The translations under genes and the position numbers were made by a program. From IMG/VR virus record IMGVR_UViG_3300028048_000043: a DNA stretch of 64,000 bases; one strand, written 5' to 3'. Positions 18,336 through 28,577 of this stretch are shown in pieces (positions within the stretch are counted from its first letter, which is position 1; every line of letters begins with the position of its first letter). The stretch is from a virus (taxonomy: Duplodnaviria; Heunggongvirae; Uroviricota; Caudoviricetes). The notes below the pieces were generated by a model, which saw only the letters and a program-made list of their open reading frames with translations, ran no database searches and was not told the origin of the DNA.

Positions 18336-19580
18336 ATGAGTGATCCTACGATCAACAGCATCTTTACTCCAGGAGGAGCCGATGCACAGCAGCCGCGAAA
18401 TTCAGATGTTTATCGCGTTTCTTACAAAGCCTCAAAGTCGGGTAAATACACATCTGTAATCCGTTTCGTTCCATTCTACAAGAATCCTTCAAAGAACATT
18501 GTTTCAAAGTTTGTATCTTGGGTTTTGAATCCGTTTACAACTCGTGGTATGTACGTGGATGATCCTCGTTCTGTAGGAAAGCCTTCTCCAGTAACAGAGA
18601 AGTATTGGGTGATGCAGAATACAAACATCGCTACATATCAGGAGTGGGCAAAGAAATATATCGGCGGAAAACAGCAGTATGCTTCACTGGTTCAGATTCT
18701 TCGCGATGACATTCATCCTGAACTCGTCGGACAGATTAAGGTTTTCGTTTACGGAAAGAAAGTGTTCGACAAGCTTCACAGCGAAGAGTTTCCTGAGAAC
18801 GGTCAGAAGGGAATCAACCCGTTCGATCCATTTAAGGGACGTAAATTCTCTCTAGTTTGCGAGAATGTTTCGAACTATAATAACTTCGACAACTCTGCAT
18901 TCTATGATGAGAAGGATCCTACAGGAACACAGATTCTTCCTTCCGGTATCTGGTATCAGAACCCTGAGACTGGACAGTTTGAAATTGCTGTAGAAAGCAT
19001 GCCAGAGAAAAATCGTCAGTATCTTGTCGATTATCTTGCAGCAAACTCTCCAGACCTTAGTGCACACGAATATCAGGAGTGGACGACCGAGCAGACTAAT
19101 CATGTCAATGAGGTTCTGCAAATCGCAACAAACTTCCTTTCTACAGGTCGTTGTGAACCAGTCGCCCAGACAACAACGAGTGCCGCATATCAGACAATGT
19201 TTGGTGGACAGCCATCAGGAGCACCAGTTCCTCCTGCACCCGTAGCGCCAGCTGCACCTGTAGCGCCGCAGGCTCCCGTTTCTCCAGCATCTCCCGTATT
19301 CCCTGGTGCAACCGCCGTACCAGGATCTATGCCAGGAGTATCAGCGCCAGTTACACCGCAGGCACCCGTTGCTCCAGCATCTCCAGTTATCACGGCTCCA
19401 CAAATGGCGGCACCAGTAGCTCCAGCTGCACCCGTCGCTCCGGTTACGCCGGTCGCTCAGCAGCCTGCCGCAACAGGGTTTGCTCCAGTGACCCCTCCGC
19501 AGGTAACTCCGCAGGGTGCTCCAGCAGCAGCCGCAGCCCCGACAGGAATGAATGTGGATGACATTCTGAGTCAGCTTTAA
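18336..19580 (+). CDS. single-stranded DNA-binding protein (T4 gp32-like) with long Pro/Ala-rich tail
   Basis: [48 protein letters not shown] gp32-type core; acidic-hydrophobic tip DDILSQL. Confidence 0.85.
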   Translation: MSDPTINSIFTPGGADAQQPRNSDVYRVSYKASKSGKYTSVIRFVPFYKNPSKNIVSKFVSWVLNPFTTRGMYVDDPRSVGKPSPVTEKYWVMQNTNIATYQEWAKKYIGGKQQYASLVQILRDDIHPELVGQIKVFVYGKKVFDKLHSEEFPENGQKGINPFDPFKGRKFSLVCENVSNYNNFDNSAFYDEKDPTGTQILPSGIWYQNPETGQFEIAVESMPEKNRQYLVDYLAANSPDLSAHEYQEWTTEQTNHVNEVLQIATNFLSTGRCEPVAQTTTSAAYQTMFGGQPSGAPVPPAPVAPAAPVAPQAPVSPASPVFPGATAVPGSMPGVSAPVTPQAPVAPASPVITAPQMAAPVAPAAPVAPVTPVAQQPAATGFAPVTPPQVTPQGAPAAAAAPTGMNVDDILSQL

Positions 19581-19595
19581 ATAAGCTATATAAAA

Positions 19596-19630
19596 CAAAA
19601 AAGGAGGAATTATTCGTTTCCTCCTTTTTT
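19596..19630. terminator. bidirectional intrinsic terminator
   Basis: aaaaaggaggaa...ttcctcctttttt between convergent genes. Confidence 0.8.
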
Positions 19631-21556
19631 GTTTCTCTTTGTATTTGATTGCTTACCGATTCTTTTTCGTGCATTTCTCAATGTTTCTTTATCTCCAGCA
19701 ACCGCCATCGACAGATTGTATATTTCCTTGTCAACATCTTCTATCTTTTTGTTAATGTCGTTAATGGATTTATCATATCCATTTATCATAGCCTCTAATA
19801 TTCCGCCAATAGGTTTCATAGATAAATTCATTAGTTTTCCACAAAGCTGTTTAAGAATGTCTATAGCCATGTTTGCTGCCGGAATAACAAAAGATGGAAC
19901 GTCACTCATATTTACAAATAGAAGCATAGGTAGAGGACATATTCCACATAAACCAAGCCCTATGACTATTGTAACTTTGCCAGATACAACAAAGAAAGGT
20001 ATGAATATGATTGGAAGAGGCAGTGGAGCTCCAGCTATAACGAGTCCAGTTCCCCAGAAAGGCGGAAGCATACAATTTACTAATGTAGCCATCGTACAAT
20101 ATCTCAACCAATATCCATACGAGTCTACACCGTATTCGGTTTTTAACGAATCTTCTGTGTAGTTGTATTTCCTTACATTTCCAGAGCTATATCCCGGTGT
20201 GGACTCGGTTTTCTTTTTTTTCAAAAAGTCTTTAGACGTTTCCGGCATTTCAATGAAATAGAAATCGTGTGCTTTCTTTTCCTTAAAAACGGTTGATGGA
20301 GATCCCCATTTTGGCTCAACGAAATTATCAAAAATTTCTCCGCTTTCAACCTTTTTACCGTTTGTTAGATACCAGTCGATCGCATTTTCACAAATCTCGT
20401 TGAGTCTCTTTACTTCTGCTCTCGTTATATCTCTAAGTGCTCCGAGATACTTTTTTAATATTTGTCTATTTGTGTAGTTTTCAGCATTTATAGTTGTTTC
20501 GTAATAATCTTTTATATCTTTCTTTTGTTTTTTAAATTTATCTCTCAATGTAAATACATCTGACAGGTCTTTTTTTGAAATGTATTCAGAGAAATATGAA
20601 TAATTTGAATTATCAACTTCTATTTTTCTAAGGTTGACAAAAATTATTGATATCTTTTTAAGTTTTTTTAATAAATTCTCGTTGTATTTCTCACTTCCTT
20701 CTTCAGCTTTATCTATTTTTTTCTTCGCTGCACTGTCTCTCGATATGTCTTCATATGACAGACCTTGATATTTTTCTTCAGGTTGTTTCGGTTTATTGTA
20801 TCTTGTTATTGTTTTTAAGTGCTCTAGAACCTTTTCGTACGCTGTTATTCTTCCTTTATCGTTTATTGATGCTTCTATAAGATTTTTATCATCTGAAGAA
20901 TAAAAATCATATTTGAAATCATCTCTTAATTTCGCATAGTAGTTTTTATCCCTCCAAGACCAAAAAGGTTTTAATACAGAGTCGCATTCTTTATTGAAAT
21001 CGGCAACCAGACCGTCTATATTTTGGCAGTTGTATTCGATTCTGGATCTCATCCTCATAAACTCATTTATAGCCTGAAATAATTCTACTACATATGGATT
21101 ATCTTTGTCGTAATAGAAGTTGTCACTTGCCAAATAACTTGCGTATAGGTTATATAGCATGTAATCCGATATCTTTCCGGTTGTATTTCCGTATTTTTTA
21201 GTTGATCTATACTGGTTTATGATTTTATTGATTGAGCGTTCTTTCTCGTCATCGACTTCTTTCTTTACGCCGAACAGGTCATCATTTTCACAACGTTCCT
21301 TTACATGATCTTTATCACATATTTTTTTGATATTGTTCTCATATTCTTCTATTATTTTATCGGCGTCTTTTTCATATATTTCGTTTATTTCCTCTGTTGT
21401 TTTAGAGCTTATGATCGATAAAGGATTTTTATCGTCTATGGTGTTCAATGCCAACTCAGGAAATCTGAAACGCAATATAAAGTCCTTTATGAACATGTTT
21501 GCATTTTTATTCATGTTCATAAGTTCTAATATTTCTTCCAACTGTTTATTGTTCAT
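19610..21556 (-). CDS. hypothetical protein (648 aa), Lys/Glu-rich N-part, hydrophobic Pro/Gly/Cys segment and coiled-coil C-terminus; probably structural
   Basis: Long ORF in the minus-strand late operon; segment GTGLVIAGAPLPLPIIFIPFFVVSGKVTIVIGLGLCGICPLPMLLFV. Confidence 0.6.
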   Translation of the reverse strand: MNNKQLEEILELMNMNKNANMFIKDFILRFRFPELALNTIDDKNPLSIISSKTTEEINEIYEKDADKIIEEYENNIKKICDKDHVKERCENDDLFGVKKEVDDEKERSINKIINQYRSTKKYGNTTGKISDYMLYNLYASYLASDNFYYDKDNPYVVELFQAINEFMRMRSRIEYNCQNIDGLVADFNKECDSVLKPFWSWRDKNYYAKLRDDFKYDFYSSDDKNLIEASINDKGRITAYEKVLEHLKTITRYNKPKQPEEKYQGLSYEDISRDSAAKKKIDKAEEGSEKYNENLLKKLKKISIIFVNLRKIEVDNSNYSYFSEYISKKDLSDVFTLRDKFKKQKKDIKDYYETTINAENYTNRQILKKYLGALRDITRAEVKRLNEICENAIDWYLTNGKKVESGEIFDNFVEPKWGSPSTVFKEKKAHDFYFIEMPETSKDFLKKKKTESTPGYSSGNVRKYNYTEDSLKTEYGVDSYGYWLRYCTMATLVNCMLPPFWGTGLVIAGAPLPLPIIFIPFFVVSGKVTIVIGLGLCGICPLPMLLFVNMSDVPSFVIPAANMAIDILKQLCGKLMNLSMKPIGGILEAMINGYDKSINDINKKIEDVDKEIYNLSMAVAGDKETLRNARKRIGKQSNTKRNKKGGNE

Positions 21557-21558
21557 CG

Positions 21559-21999
21559 TTATTTCTTCAATTTTTTAATGTCATTCATAGAGTATCCTCC
21601 TACATTTACTCCATAATCAGACATTGCTTTGTTGATATAGTCTTCGAAATATTCAACTAGCTCATCTTCAGATTTTCCATTTAAATCGTCAACGATACTC
21701 AAATCGTATTCCCCGACTATATATTTTTCATGAACCTCGGTTATTTTACCCTTTACCTTTGAATATACAGGTATGTTTTCCATTTCAGCTATAATGGTAT
21801 TTTGATCTATTAAATCTCCAGGCGACACTTTAACCGAAACATTTTCTGTACCGAATTCTATGACAAACTTATCACAGTTCCCTATTCCGTTAAGTAACGG
21901 GGAATTTTCCATCTCGTATTCAACGTCCGTCTCAACAACGGGTGAACACATAGATACTCGGCAAAGGTTTTCCATAAGTTTTTCAGCTTCTGTAGCCAT
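21559..21999 (-). CDS. protein with barrel-sandwich hybrid (biotinyl/lipoyl-like) motif
   Basis: VKVSPGDLIDQNTIIAEMENIPVYSKVKGKITEV matches the VkvGDxV...SPvsGkVxeI pattern; no MKM/DKA attachment turn. Confidence 0.5.
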   Translation of the reverse strand: MATEAEKLMENLCRVSMCSPVVETDVEYEMENSPLLNGIGNCDKFVIEFGTENVSVKVSPGDLIDQNTIIAEMENIPVYSKVKGKITEVHEKYIVGEYDLSIVDDLNGKSEDELVEYFEDYINKAMSDYGVNVGGYSMNDIKKLKK

Positions 22000-22616
22000 T
22001 ATAGTGAAAAATTTTCTTTATTTTCTCTAGCCAATTGAAGTACTATGCTTGAACTGTTTTTTTCCTTTTGCTCTTTAGCAATATCTTCAAGTTCATTTTG
22101 TACTCGTTTTAATGGTGATTGTTCGTTTCCGTTAGAAACATCCTCAGGCATCTCAGATTTTATCTCTTCTTTCTCTGCTTGGCGTATTGCCAACAGTGTT
22201 CCAGCTAGAGCACCGAGAAGCGGAAGCAGGGTTTTTACAAATTTTCCGAAATCAAACTTTTTCTTTTCTTCGTCAGACACGGGAAGATCTGCAACATTTT
22301 TTAATTTTTCTATAACGTGTTGCCACATTTCACCTGGAGTCTTTTTGAGATTTTTTATAGCTTCTAACATATCTGTTGTCGCGTCAAGTTGAAGAGATTT
22401 AAAAAACAAATCCCTCTCCTCTTGACTCATACTCATCAGTTGGGTGTACAATTTGTTTCGTCTTACGACATCTTCTGCGTCCGTTGCTCCATTTTTTTCT
22501 AATTCTTCATCTTCGTCGATAAAGAATCCATCGTTCGAAAACATTCCGTCCAGCTCAGGATCGTATCCGTCGTCGACTTCAACTTTTTTACCGTTATATA
22601 AGTAAATTTCACTCAT
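21999..22616 (-). CDS. hypothetical protein with one hydrophobic helix
   Basis: LLPLLGALAGTLLAI segment; TAATG overlap with the downstream gene. Confidence 0.6.
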   Translation of the reverse strand: MSEIYLYNGKKVEVDDGYDPELDGMFSNDGFFIDEDEELEKNGATDAEDVVRRNKLYTQLMSMSQEERDLFFKSLQLDATTDMLEAIKNLKKTPGEMWQHVIEKLKNVADLPVSDEEKKKFDFGKFVKTLLPLLGALAGTLLAIRQAEKEEIKSEMPEDVSNGNEQSPLKRVQNELEDIAKEQKEKNSSSIVLQLARENKENFSL

Positions 22617-22622
22617 ATTAAA

Positions 22623-24311
22623 TTATCTTCCGTGTGCAGAAAAATGCATAAAATCATACGGGCATCCGCCACCTCTATACATTCCTCCCCATCCCCAGCC
22701 ATATTTTTCAAATATTTTTACTACTGGGTTGTTTTCTGTTCTAATCATTATTGATTTTTTGTTTGTTGCACTGAATTCATAAGGAATGTCGTCAGATTGC
22801 GCTGAACCATACCAGTTGTCAGGAGGATTGATGTCTACAGCAACTCCATATGAGTGTGGTGACAAATAAACTTTTCCATTTCCACCAGTATTTCGTATCT
22901 GCCTGTAGTTATATACCTGAACTCCACAATAATCTGTTGTCGTTTCAGCATAATGGTTTGTTACGACAGATTTATCGAACGCTCCTTTCTTTTGTCCTCC
23001 TCCACTCCATTTTATCATATAACCTATATTGTACAGTTCATTGAATATTGAAACGAAATCCTGAGCTATAAATTTGTTAACCCCTCTTATTTTTATATAC
23101 ATCGTTTCGCCGTCCGGGAATCTTTTTATTTTTATTGTTACATCTGTAACGTATGATGCACATAATGATTTTGAATCAACCGCCGTCTCTGCTCCAGAAT
23201 TTCGCATTCCGTTTCCATTTGTTAAAAACCTACAACGTTCTGTAAAATCCGGATGATTGACGAGAATTCCAACACTTGCTCGTTTAAACGTTGATCCGCC
23301 CCTTCCTCTCATTTCATTAGCTGTTCCTCCGATGTTGGTCTGAACTTGGGTTATTACTTTTTGTTTAATTTCATAATCCATCATTTCATACGTTGCGTAT
23401 ACTTCTGAGTCTTTTTTTCTTTGTTCTTCGTTAAGTGCGTCCACTTGATCCATATATCCGGAAAAACTATTATAATAGTCTACGTTGTCACCATTATCAA
23501 GATTATCTGGGTCGTCGAATGAGGGCAGCTGTTCAGTTATTGGACTTGCAACGCTTTTAACAATCGGGGTTATGCTTGATACTAATTTTCTAGCAAGTTG
23601 ACATGCTGTAGATGTTGCATATTTAATTGTATATGTTAGCACTTCCTGAGGATTTGGTATAACGCCATACATTCTTGTTATTGCGACATTTGAAGCATGT
23701 TTCAAATCTGCAAGGAATTTACAAGGATCTGTTAAAATTTCCATGGCAGCTATCTCAACAAGAGGTGGATCCGGCATTTCTATATCTGGAATCCAATCAT
23801 CCAGAGAGTTTATGGCTTCATCTATTTCCTTTTGAACCTTTTTTATTTTCCACAGTGGTCCGCGAACTCCATTTTCGCTTCTGAACTTTTTAATAGCTTT
23901 AATAAAAGCTTTCTTGTCTGCTTTTGATTCAAGTCTGTGATACCATGTTGATCCGCGTTCAACTTCTTTATCATTAACATATTTTACATATTCAAACGAC
24001 GCGTCGTCATTTAACGCTCTTATCTCGTATCGTATTTCTGTTTTAGATGTCCCGTCGGTTAACTCCTCATTATGTTTTGCTATATAGTCGCTGGCTTCTA
24101 TTTGAAACGGAACAGAGTATATTGATGGTATCTCGTCAATCTTTGAATTCTTTATTTTGTTGTAAGAAACACCGCCTTCATATATTATATCATCCACAGT
24201 TTTTGATAAATCGTGGACAATAGTGTTGTATGTTTTATGATCGCTGTACTTAAGAATTTTAGTGCTTTCTTCTACAGACTGATCCTTAAATTCAAATCTT
24301 AAGTTCATCAT
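22623..24311 (-). CDS. modular peptidoglycan hydrolase with C-terminal M15 Zn-peptidase (L-Ala-D-Glu/D-Ala-D-Ala type)
   Basis: YRQIR...LSPHSYGVAVDINP...FEKYGWGWGG...DFMHFS gives the SxHxxGxAxD and H Zn ligands of Peptidase_M15. Confidence 0.85.
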   Translation of the reverse strand: MMNLRFEFKDQSVEESTKILKYSDHKTYNTIVHDLSKTVDDIIYEGGVSYNKIKNSKIDEIPSIYSVPFQIEASDYIAKHNEELTDGTSKTEIRYEIRALNDDASFEYVKYVNDKEVERGSTWYHRLESKADKKAFIKAIKKFRSENGVRGPLWKIKKVQKEIDEAINSLDDWIPDIEMPDPPLVEIAAMEILTDPCKFLADLKHASNVAITRMYGVIPNPQEVLTYTIKYATSTACQLARKLVSSITPIVKSVASPITEQLPSFDDPDNLDNGDNVDYYNSFSGYMDQVDALNEEQRKKDSEVYATYEMMDYEIKQKVITQVQTNIGGTANEMRGRGGSTFKRASVGILVNHPDFTERCRFLTNGNGMRNSGAETAVDSKSLCASYVTDVTIKIKRFPDGETMYIKIRGVNKFIAQDFVSIFNELYNIGYMIKWSGGGQKKGAFDKSVVTNHYAETTTDYCGVQVYNYRQIRNTGGNGKVYLSPHSYGVAVDINPPDNWYGSAQSDDIPYEFSATNKKSIMIRTENNPVVKIFEKYGWGWGGMYRGGGCPYDFMHFSAHGR

Positions 24312-24939
24312 CTTTTAACGTAGTTTTTAAGCACCAGTATGAATCGGCGATGTCATCCATCCCTGTGACATATTTTGATTTTTTCTTAAGAAGTTCTTTT
24401 CTTTCTTTAACAATTTCGAAAAGAAGATGTCCAGTTTCATTTCCGAGTGCCTCAATCATAGCATCTTTTCCTAATCCTTTTTTTGAGCAACCGGCTGTTT
24501 TCTTCATCGTGATAGGAGAATATGTTCTAAAACGCTTGAATCCGTGATTTATAAGAGTGTACATTAAAATGTATTTGTATCCAGATAAATCTAACACGGC
24601 GTCTCCTTTCGCGGAGAATGCGAAACTCTCATTTGATATTATGGCATCAGATTTCTCAATGCCATTTTCTGATATTATGTTTTCAATTGTTTCGACTATA
24701 AGTTCCGATAATTTTGTTGCACGAGAAACATGTTCAAGTATTAAATCGTGGCTGTTTAAGACGTGGTCTTTTATTTTTGGTAGATCTCTGTTATAAATTT
24801 TCACTCCAACAGATTCCAACGTATCAATGGACTTTGCGTCCAAGTCTGACGGCCAGAAATAAAAACTAACCTCATCGTTGACAAATGAGGTCATCGCTGG
24901 CTTGTTCATTGAAAAATCGAAAGCAAATATAGCTTGCAT
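24292..24939 (-). CDS. RuvC-like Holliday junction resolvase
   Basis: AFDFSMNKPA (D), ISNESFAF (E), MKKTAG, DDIADSYW acidic tetrad pattern of RNase H-fold resolvases. Confidence 0.8.
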   Translation of the reverse strand: MQAIFAFDFSMNKPAMTSFVNDEVSFYFWPSDLDAKSIDTLESVGVKIYNRDLPKIKDHVLNSHDLILEHVSRATKLSELIVETIENIISENGIEKSDAIISNESFAFSAKGDAVLDLSGYKYILMYTLINHGFKRFRTYSPITMKKTAGCSKKGLGKDAMIEALGNETGHLLFEIVKERKELLKKKSKYVTGMDDIADSYWCLKTTLKDDELKI

Positions 24940-24960
24940 CGTATAATTCTGTCGTTTCTG

Positions 24961-25005
24961 TATTTATCGGTTTGAAAGTTAGATGTAAGATTTTGCAAAT
25001 AAATA
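24961..25005. promoter_or_regulatory. divergent pair of putative late promoters (ATAAATA on minus at 24961-24967, on plus at 24999-25005)
   Basis: Both boxes lie ~20-30 nt before the divergent start codons at 24939(-) and 25035(+). Confidence 0.55.
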
Positions 25006-25034
25006 ACAAAAAGGAAAATTCTCTAATTTAGAAT

Positions 25035-28000
25035 ATGAATAATAAAGTTAATGAGATTGATGCTAATCTTCCTGTAGATACGATAGGTATGGTTGCTAAT
25101 GTAACAAAGCCAGCGAGGGTTGCAACCGTTAGTAAGTCTGTGTGGCCGCTTACAATCAATATAGATAGAAGCAGAACTATTATAACCCAGACAATGAAAA
25201 ATGTTGGAAACATTACGGCTGGTGCAGGTGGTGCAAGCGGAAGCAGCGCAGCCGGATTGGGTTGGTTTGCCGCAAACTTTAAAACAATCGCAATTGTTGC
25301 TGGTGCATCAGCTTTGATAGCTGCTATAGCTAAACTTATCAAGACTCTTGACAAGAGTATAAAGGTTAGATATAATAAAGTCGTTAAGGCTCTCCAGACT
25401 GCACAAAGAGATTTTACGCTTTCACCTGACGGAATGAACATGAAAAACATTCTTCCTGGGTATGGTGGATTGGGCGCAAAGATTGGAGATTTTGCATCAA
25501 GATTGTTTACTCTTAATTTCTCTAAGAAAAATTCTGCAAATTCTGCAAAATATAACATCGGTCTACATCCGTTCTGTGACAAATATAAACAAGAAATCAC
25601 TATGGATTATCAGACCGCTGTCGACGCATTTAACAAAATTAAAGCTGCAAACGAAAACGATCAGAACGAATCTGTCAAAGAATCAGAAGGAAAGGTATAT
25701 GAGAGTTTCCATGCAGTATTAGAGTCTTTACATCTTAATGAAGGACACGAAAGCACAAGCGGTCAAGGCTTCGCTTTGTCAGACGTTTCTTTGAAAGGTG
25801 GTCAATTCAGCTATAAAGGTGAGACTGTACAGTTGAATAAAGAATCCGTGAGGGAGATTTGTTATTCAATTATATACAACTATGCTGACAAATACGTTAA
25901 CATGGACAAGGTGTTCAAGGAGCTTGGTATATCATCAGGTTCTCTGTCTGATCTAGACGCATCAAGTGTTGATAAGCTTCACGATATTCTTGAAAAATAC
26001 TCAAAGCCAGAGGGCAACAAATACGGCAAGCAGTATTCAAGAATCAAGGAAGGTTATGATAGCATGTTGAAACATTACTATTCGATCGGTGATGGAATCA
26101 TTAAGAACTTTGAGAAGTTTACAGAAGCCAAGGATGAGAAAAAATCAAATCTTCTTGTAGCATCTAAGGAAAAGCTCCAGAACATGTGGGACTCTCAGAA
26201 GGATGTTTATAATAAAAACTTCTCTCATGTTCTAATAGAGATTATTTCAAGCGATGCATATATCGGATATCTTGGATTCATCCTTCAGAATGTTCTTCCT
26301 GTCTTCAAATCAGGTCTTGCTGGTGATGCAGATTATGTTCTCGATATGATGCCGGTAAAGGGTCAATATTATGTCACGAGACAAACGAATCCTCAGGGCG
26401 TTATCGGTGATCAGCTTGGTCAGGATAAATCAAAAGGAAATGTTGCTATAGTTAAAGTTCTTTCATTCGACAGTGAAAAGAAGGAGATTAAATTCTCTCT
26501 TCTCGGTTCTTTGGATGAAGGTAGAGGTTTAAGTATAACCGATGGATTTGCTCATATAACGTCTGGTGAAAGCATCAACTTTGATGCATATAAAGATGAT
26601 AACGGAGCAAAGAAAGAGGTAACTCTTCCATATGGAAAATGGCTAGGTCTTGATCCATATCTCGTTATGAATGATGATTGGACCATCGGCACAAAATCTC
26701 CTCTTTATAAGAGAGAAATCGGAGAAGGAAATAAAAAGGAAACACAGTATATCTACGCAACAGGAACTGGTGAAGGTAAGGCTGAAACCGGAAGCGAAGA
26801 ATATGATACAGTTTATTTTGCCATATACAACCAGAAATATTCCGGATTCACAAAGGCTGTTAAACTTTCGATGCAGCATCCTATAAAGAAAGATGAGTTC
26901 GAAAAACTTGTTACAAGTACAGACGAAGTCAAAGTGAACAATATGGGATTCGCTGAAGATACGGTGGAACCAGATGAGACCATAAAGAGAATATCTGGAT
27001 ATGTTCAGCAGGATAAGGAAGTCGAAATAAAAACAAACGACGAAATCGTTAAACTCATAAACGGAGGAAACGAGGAAGGTTCCGGCGCAAAGTATAAGAT
27101 TTCTAATATATACGGACGTGAAAACGGCGAGTATGATGAATATATCTTTGCAGTTATTCCTATAAATACAGAATCCGTTGACTATTCTAACATGAGCCAC
27201 CTCAATGACAATACAATCAATGAGGCTGGAGAAGGAGAAGGAAACGGTGAAGGTGGTGAAAATTCTGGAAACGGAGATACGGAAAAAGCAACGACTCCTG
27301 ACAATACGGAAGATAAAACCAAATTCCTTGTATATTATAGATATAAGAGCGGAAAGAAGATAACTGACGGCGACGCCGATTACTCTGTAACCGGAATTCC
27401 TCTTGAACCAGAGGCATCTATAAAGGAATTTGGTGACGCTGTTACGGGTCTTGAGCCGGTTGATGAAAAGAAATTTGCGGTTTCTTCTGAAGAGTTAGCT
27501 GACGAAGTCAAAGATAAACTCGTTCAGGACGCAAACGAGAAAAAACTTAAATTCGCTACTAACATTTCCAGCCTAGCGGAAACATACAAAAAGATCCTTG
27601 AAGGTATCGAAAAAGGAAAAACAAGTCCAGAAGAGCTTTATAAAAAGGCTGTTGAAAAAATAAATCAGGTTGCTCCCGCCATCTTTGATTGTATTAAATA
27701 TAATAATGAAGATAAGAAGTGGCATCTTGAAAAAGAAGTGGCGGATGGTGAGAATAAAGGATTCGTGGCAGAAAAGGTAAGCGGAAACGGACAGGAAGAT
27801 CAACCAAAAATCACAATACCTGAAGTTATAACATTCTGGATTGGTTCTACAAAGGATCAAGCAGCGGCACTTTTGACAGACGATAAGCTAAACGGTCAAC
27901 CAACCAAGTTCCAGGACGCAAATGGACTTGTTCAGGCGATTGCCGCTCTCGTTAAGTTAGCAATGGAGAATCCATCTGGAAAGAAAATTTCCACAGAGAT

Positions 28001-28538
28001 TGTTCCAAAACAAAACGGAAACGAACAGAACGCACAGAAGCAAGAACAGCCCGCACAAGGAAATGAGAACGGAGGCGAAAACGGGCAACAGGCTCCAGCA
28101 CAACCAGGAACCTCCGGAGAAGGTGCACCAGCTGGCGGTGAAGCCAAGGTAGAATCGTTCGCTGTAGAATATTCCGTTGAAAAGGTTTTCGATGAATCAG
28201 TAACCATAAAGCGCAGTTTTGATAACTACGTTTCTCCAAAATGGTACATTCTTTCCGAGTCTATATTCGATGACGGTTCAAATAAGTCATCTAGAATCGA
28301 CAGCGCTTCATTCCGTGAAGGTCTTCTTGAAAAGGATGATGTGTTTGCATATGTGAAATCAAGAAAGAATGTTTCTCTTATAGAAGGAGCAACGGTCGGA
28401 ACGTTTAGTGTTGAAAGAGCGTTTGGTTATGTTCCATCTCCTGCCACACCGCTTTATGAATCAGCAATGCTTATTAAGTTTGCTAAGAACGGAACGGTAG
28501 AGCAGAAAGTTTATCTCGGAAAGGTAAGAATATCTTAA
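25035..28538 (+). CDS. large hypothetical virion protein (1167 aa), candidate ejection/internal protein
   Basis: N-terminal Gly/Ala linker plus hydrophobic helix (FKTIAIVAGASALIAAIAKLI); many xNE/ES motifs; Gln/Gly linkers; late-type promoter. Confidence 0.55.
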   Translation: MNNKVNEIDANLPVDTIGMVANVTKPARVATVSKSVWPLTINIDRSRTIITQTMKNVGNITAGAGGASGSSAAGLGWFAANFKTIAIVAGASALIAAIAKLIKTLDKSIKVRYNKVVKALQTAQRDFTLSPDGMNMKNILPGYGGLGAKIGDFASRLFTLNFSKKNSANSAKYNIGLHPFCDKYKQEITMDYQTAVDAFNKIKAANENDQNESVKESEGKVYESFHAVLESLHLNEGHESTSGQGFALSDVSLKGGQFSYKGETVQLNKESVREICYSIIYNYADKYVNMDKVFKELGISSGSLSDLDASSVDKLHDILEKYSKPEGNKYGKQYSRIKEGYDSMLKHYYSIGDGIIKNFEKFTEAKDEKKSNLLVASKEKLQNMWDSQKDVYNKNFSHVLIEIISSDAYIGYLGFILQNVLPVFKSGLAGDADYVLDMMPVKGQYYVTRQTNPQGVIGDQLGQDKSKGNVAIVKVLSFDSEKKEIKFSLLGSLDEGRGLSITDGFAHITSGESINFDAYKDDNGAKKEVTLPYGKWLGLDPYLVMNDDWTIGTKSPLYKREIGEGNKKETQYIYATGTGEGKAETGSEEYDTVYFAIYNQKYSGFTKAVKLSMQHPIKKDEFEKLVTSTDEVKVNNMGFAEDTVEPDETIKRISGYVQQDKEVEIKTNDEIVKLINGGNEEGSGAKYKISNIYGRENGEYDEYIFAVIPINTESVDYSNMSHLNDNTINEAGEGEGNGEGGENSGNGDTEKATTPDNTEDKTKFLVYYRYKSGKKITDGDADYSVTGIPLEPEASIKEFGDAVTGLEPVDEKKFAVSSEELADEVKDKLVQDANEKKLKFATNISSLAETYKKILEGIEKGKTSPEELYKKAVEKINQVAPAIFDCIKYNNEDKKWHLEKEVADGENKGFVAEKVSGNGQEDQPKITIPEVITFWIGSTKDQAAALLTDDKLNGQPTKFQDANGLVQAIAALVKLAMENPSGKKISTEIVPKQNGNEQNAQKQEQPAQGNENGGENGQQAPAQPGTSGEGAPAGGEAKVESFAVEYSVEKVFDESVTIKRSFDNYVSPKWYILSESIFDDGSNKSSRIDSASFREGLLEKDDVFAYVKSRKNVSLIEGATVGTFSVERAFGYVPSPATPLYESAMLIKFAKNGTVEQKVYLGKVRIS

Positions 28539-28577
28539 GTAATTGTCATATATAACTTTTATAAGTAATAAAAACCA

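Noticed and set aside
19180-19560. CRISPR array or DNA tandem repeat in the GC-rich stretch
   Set aside because: The repeats are imperfect, in frame and codon-level (Pro/Ala/Val) within the SSB gene, with no constant repeat-spacer period.
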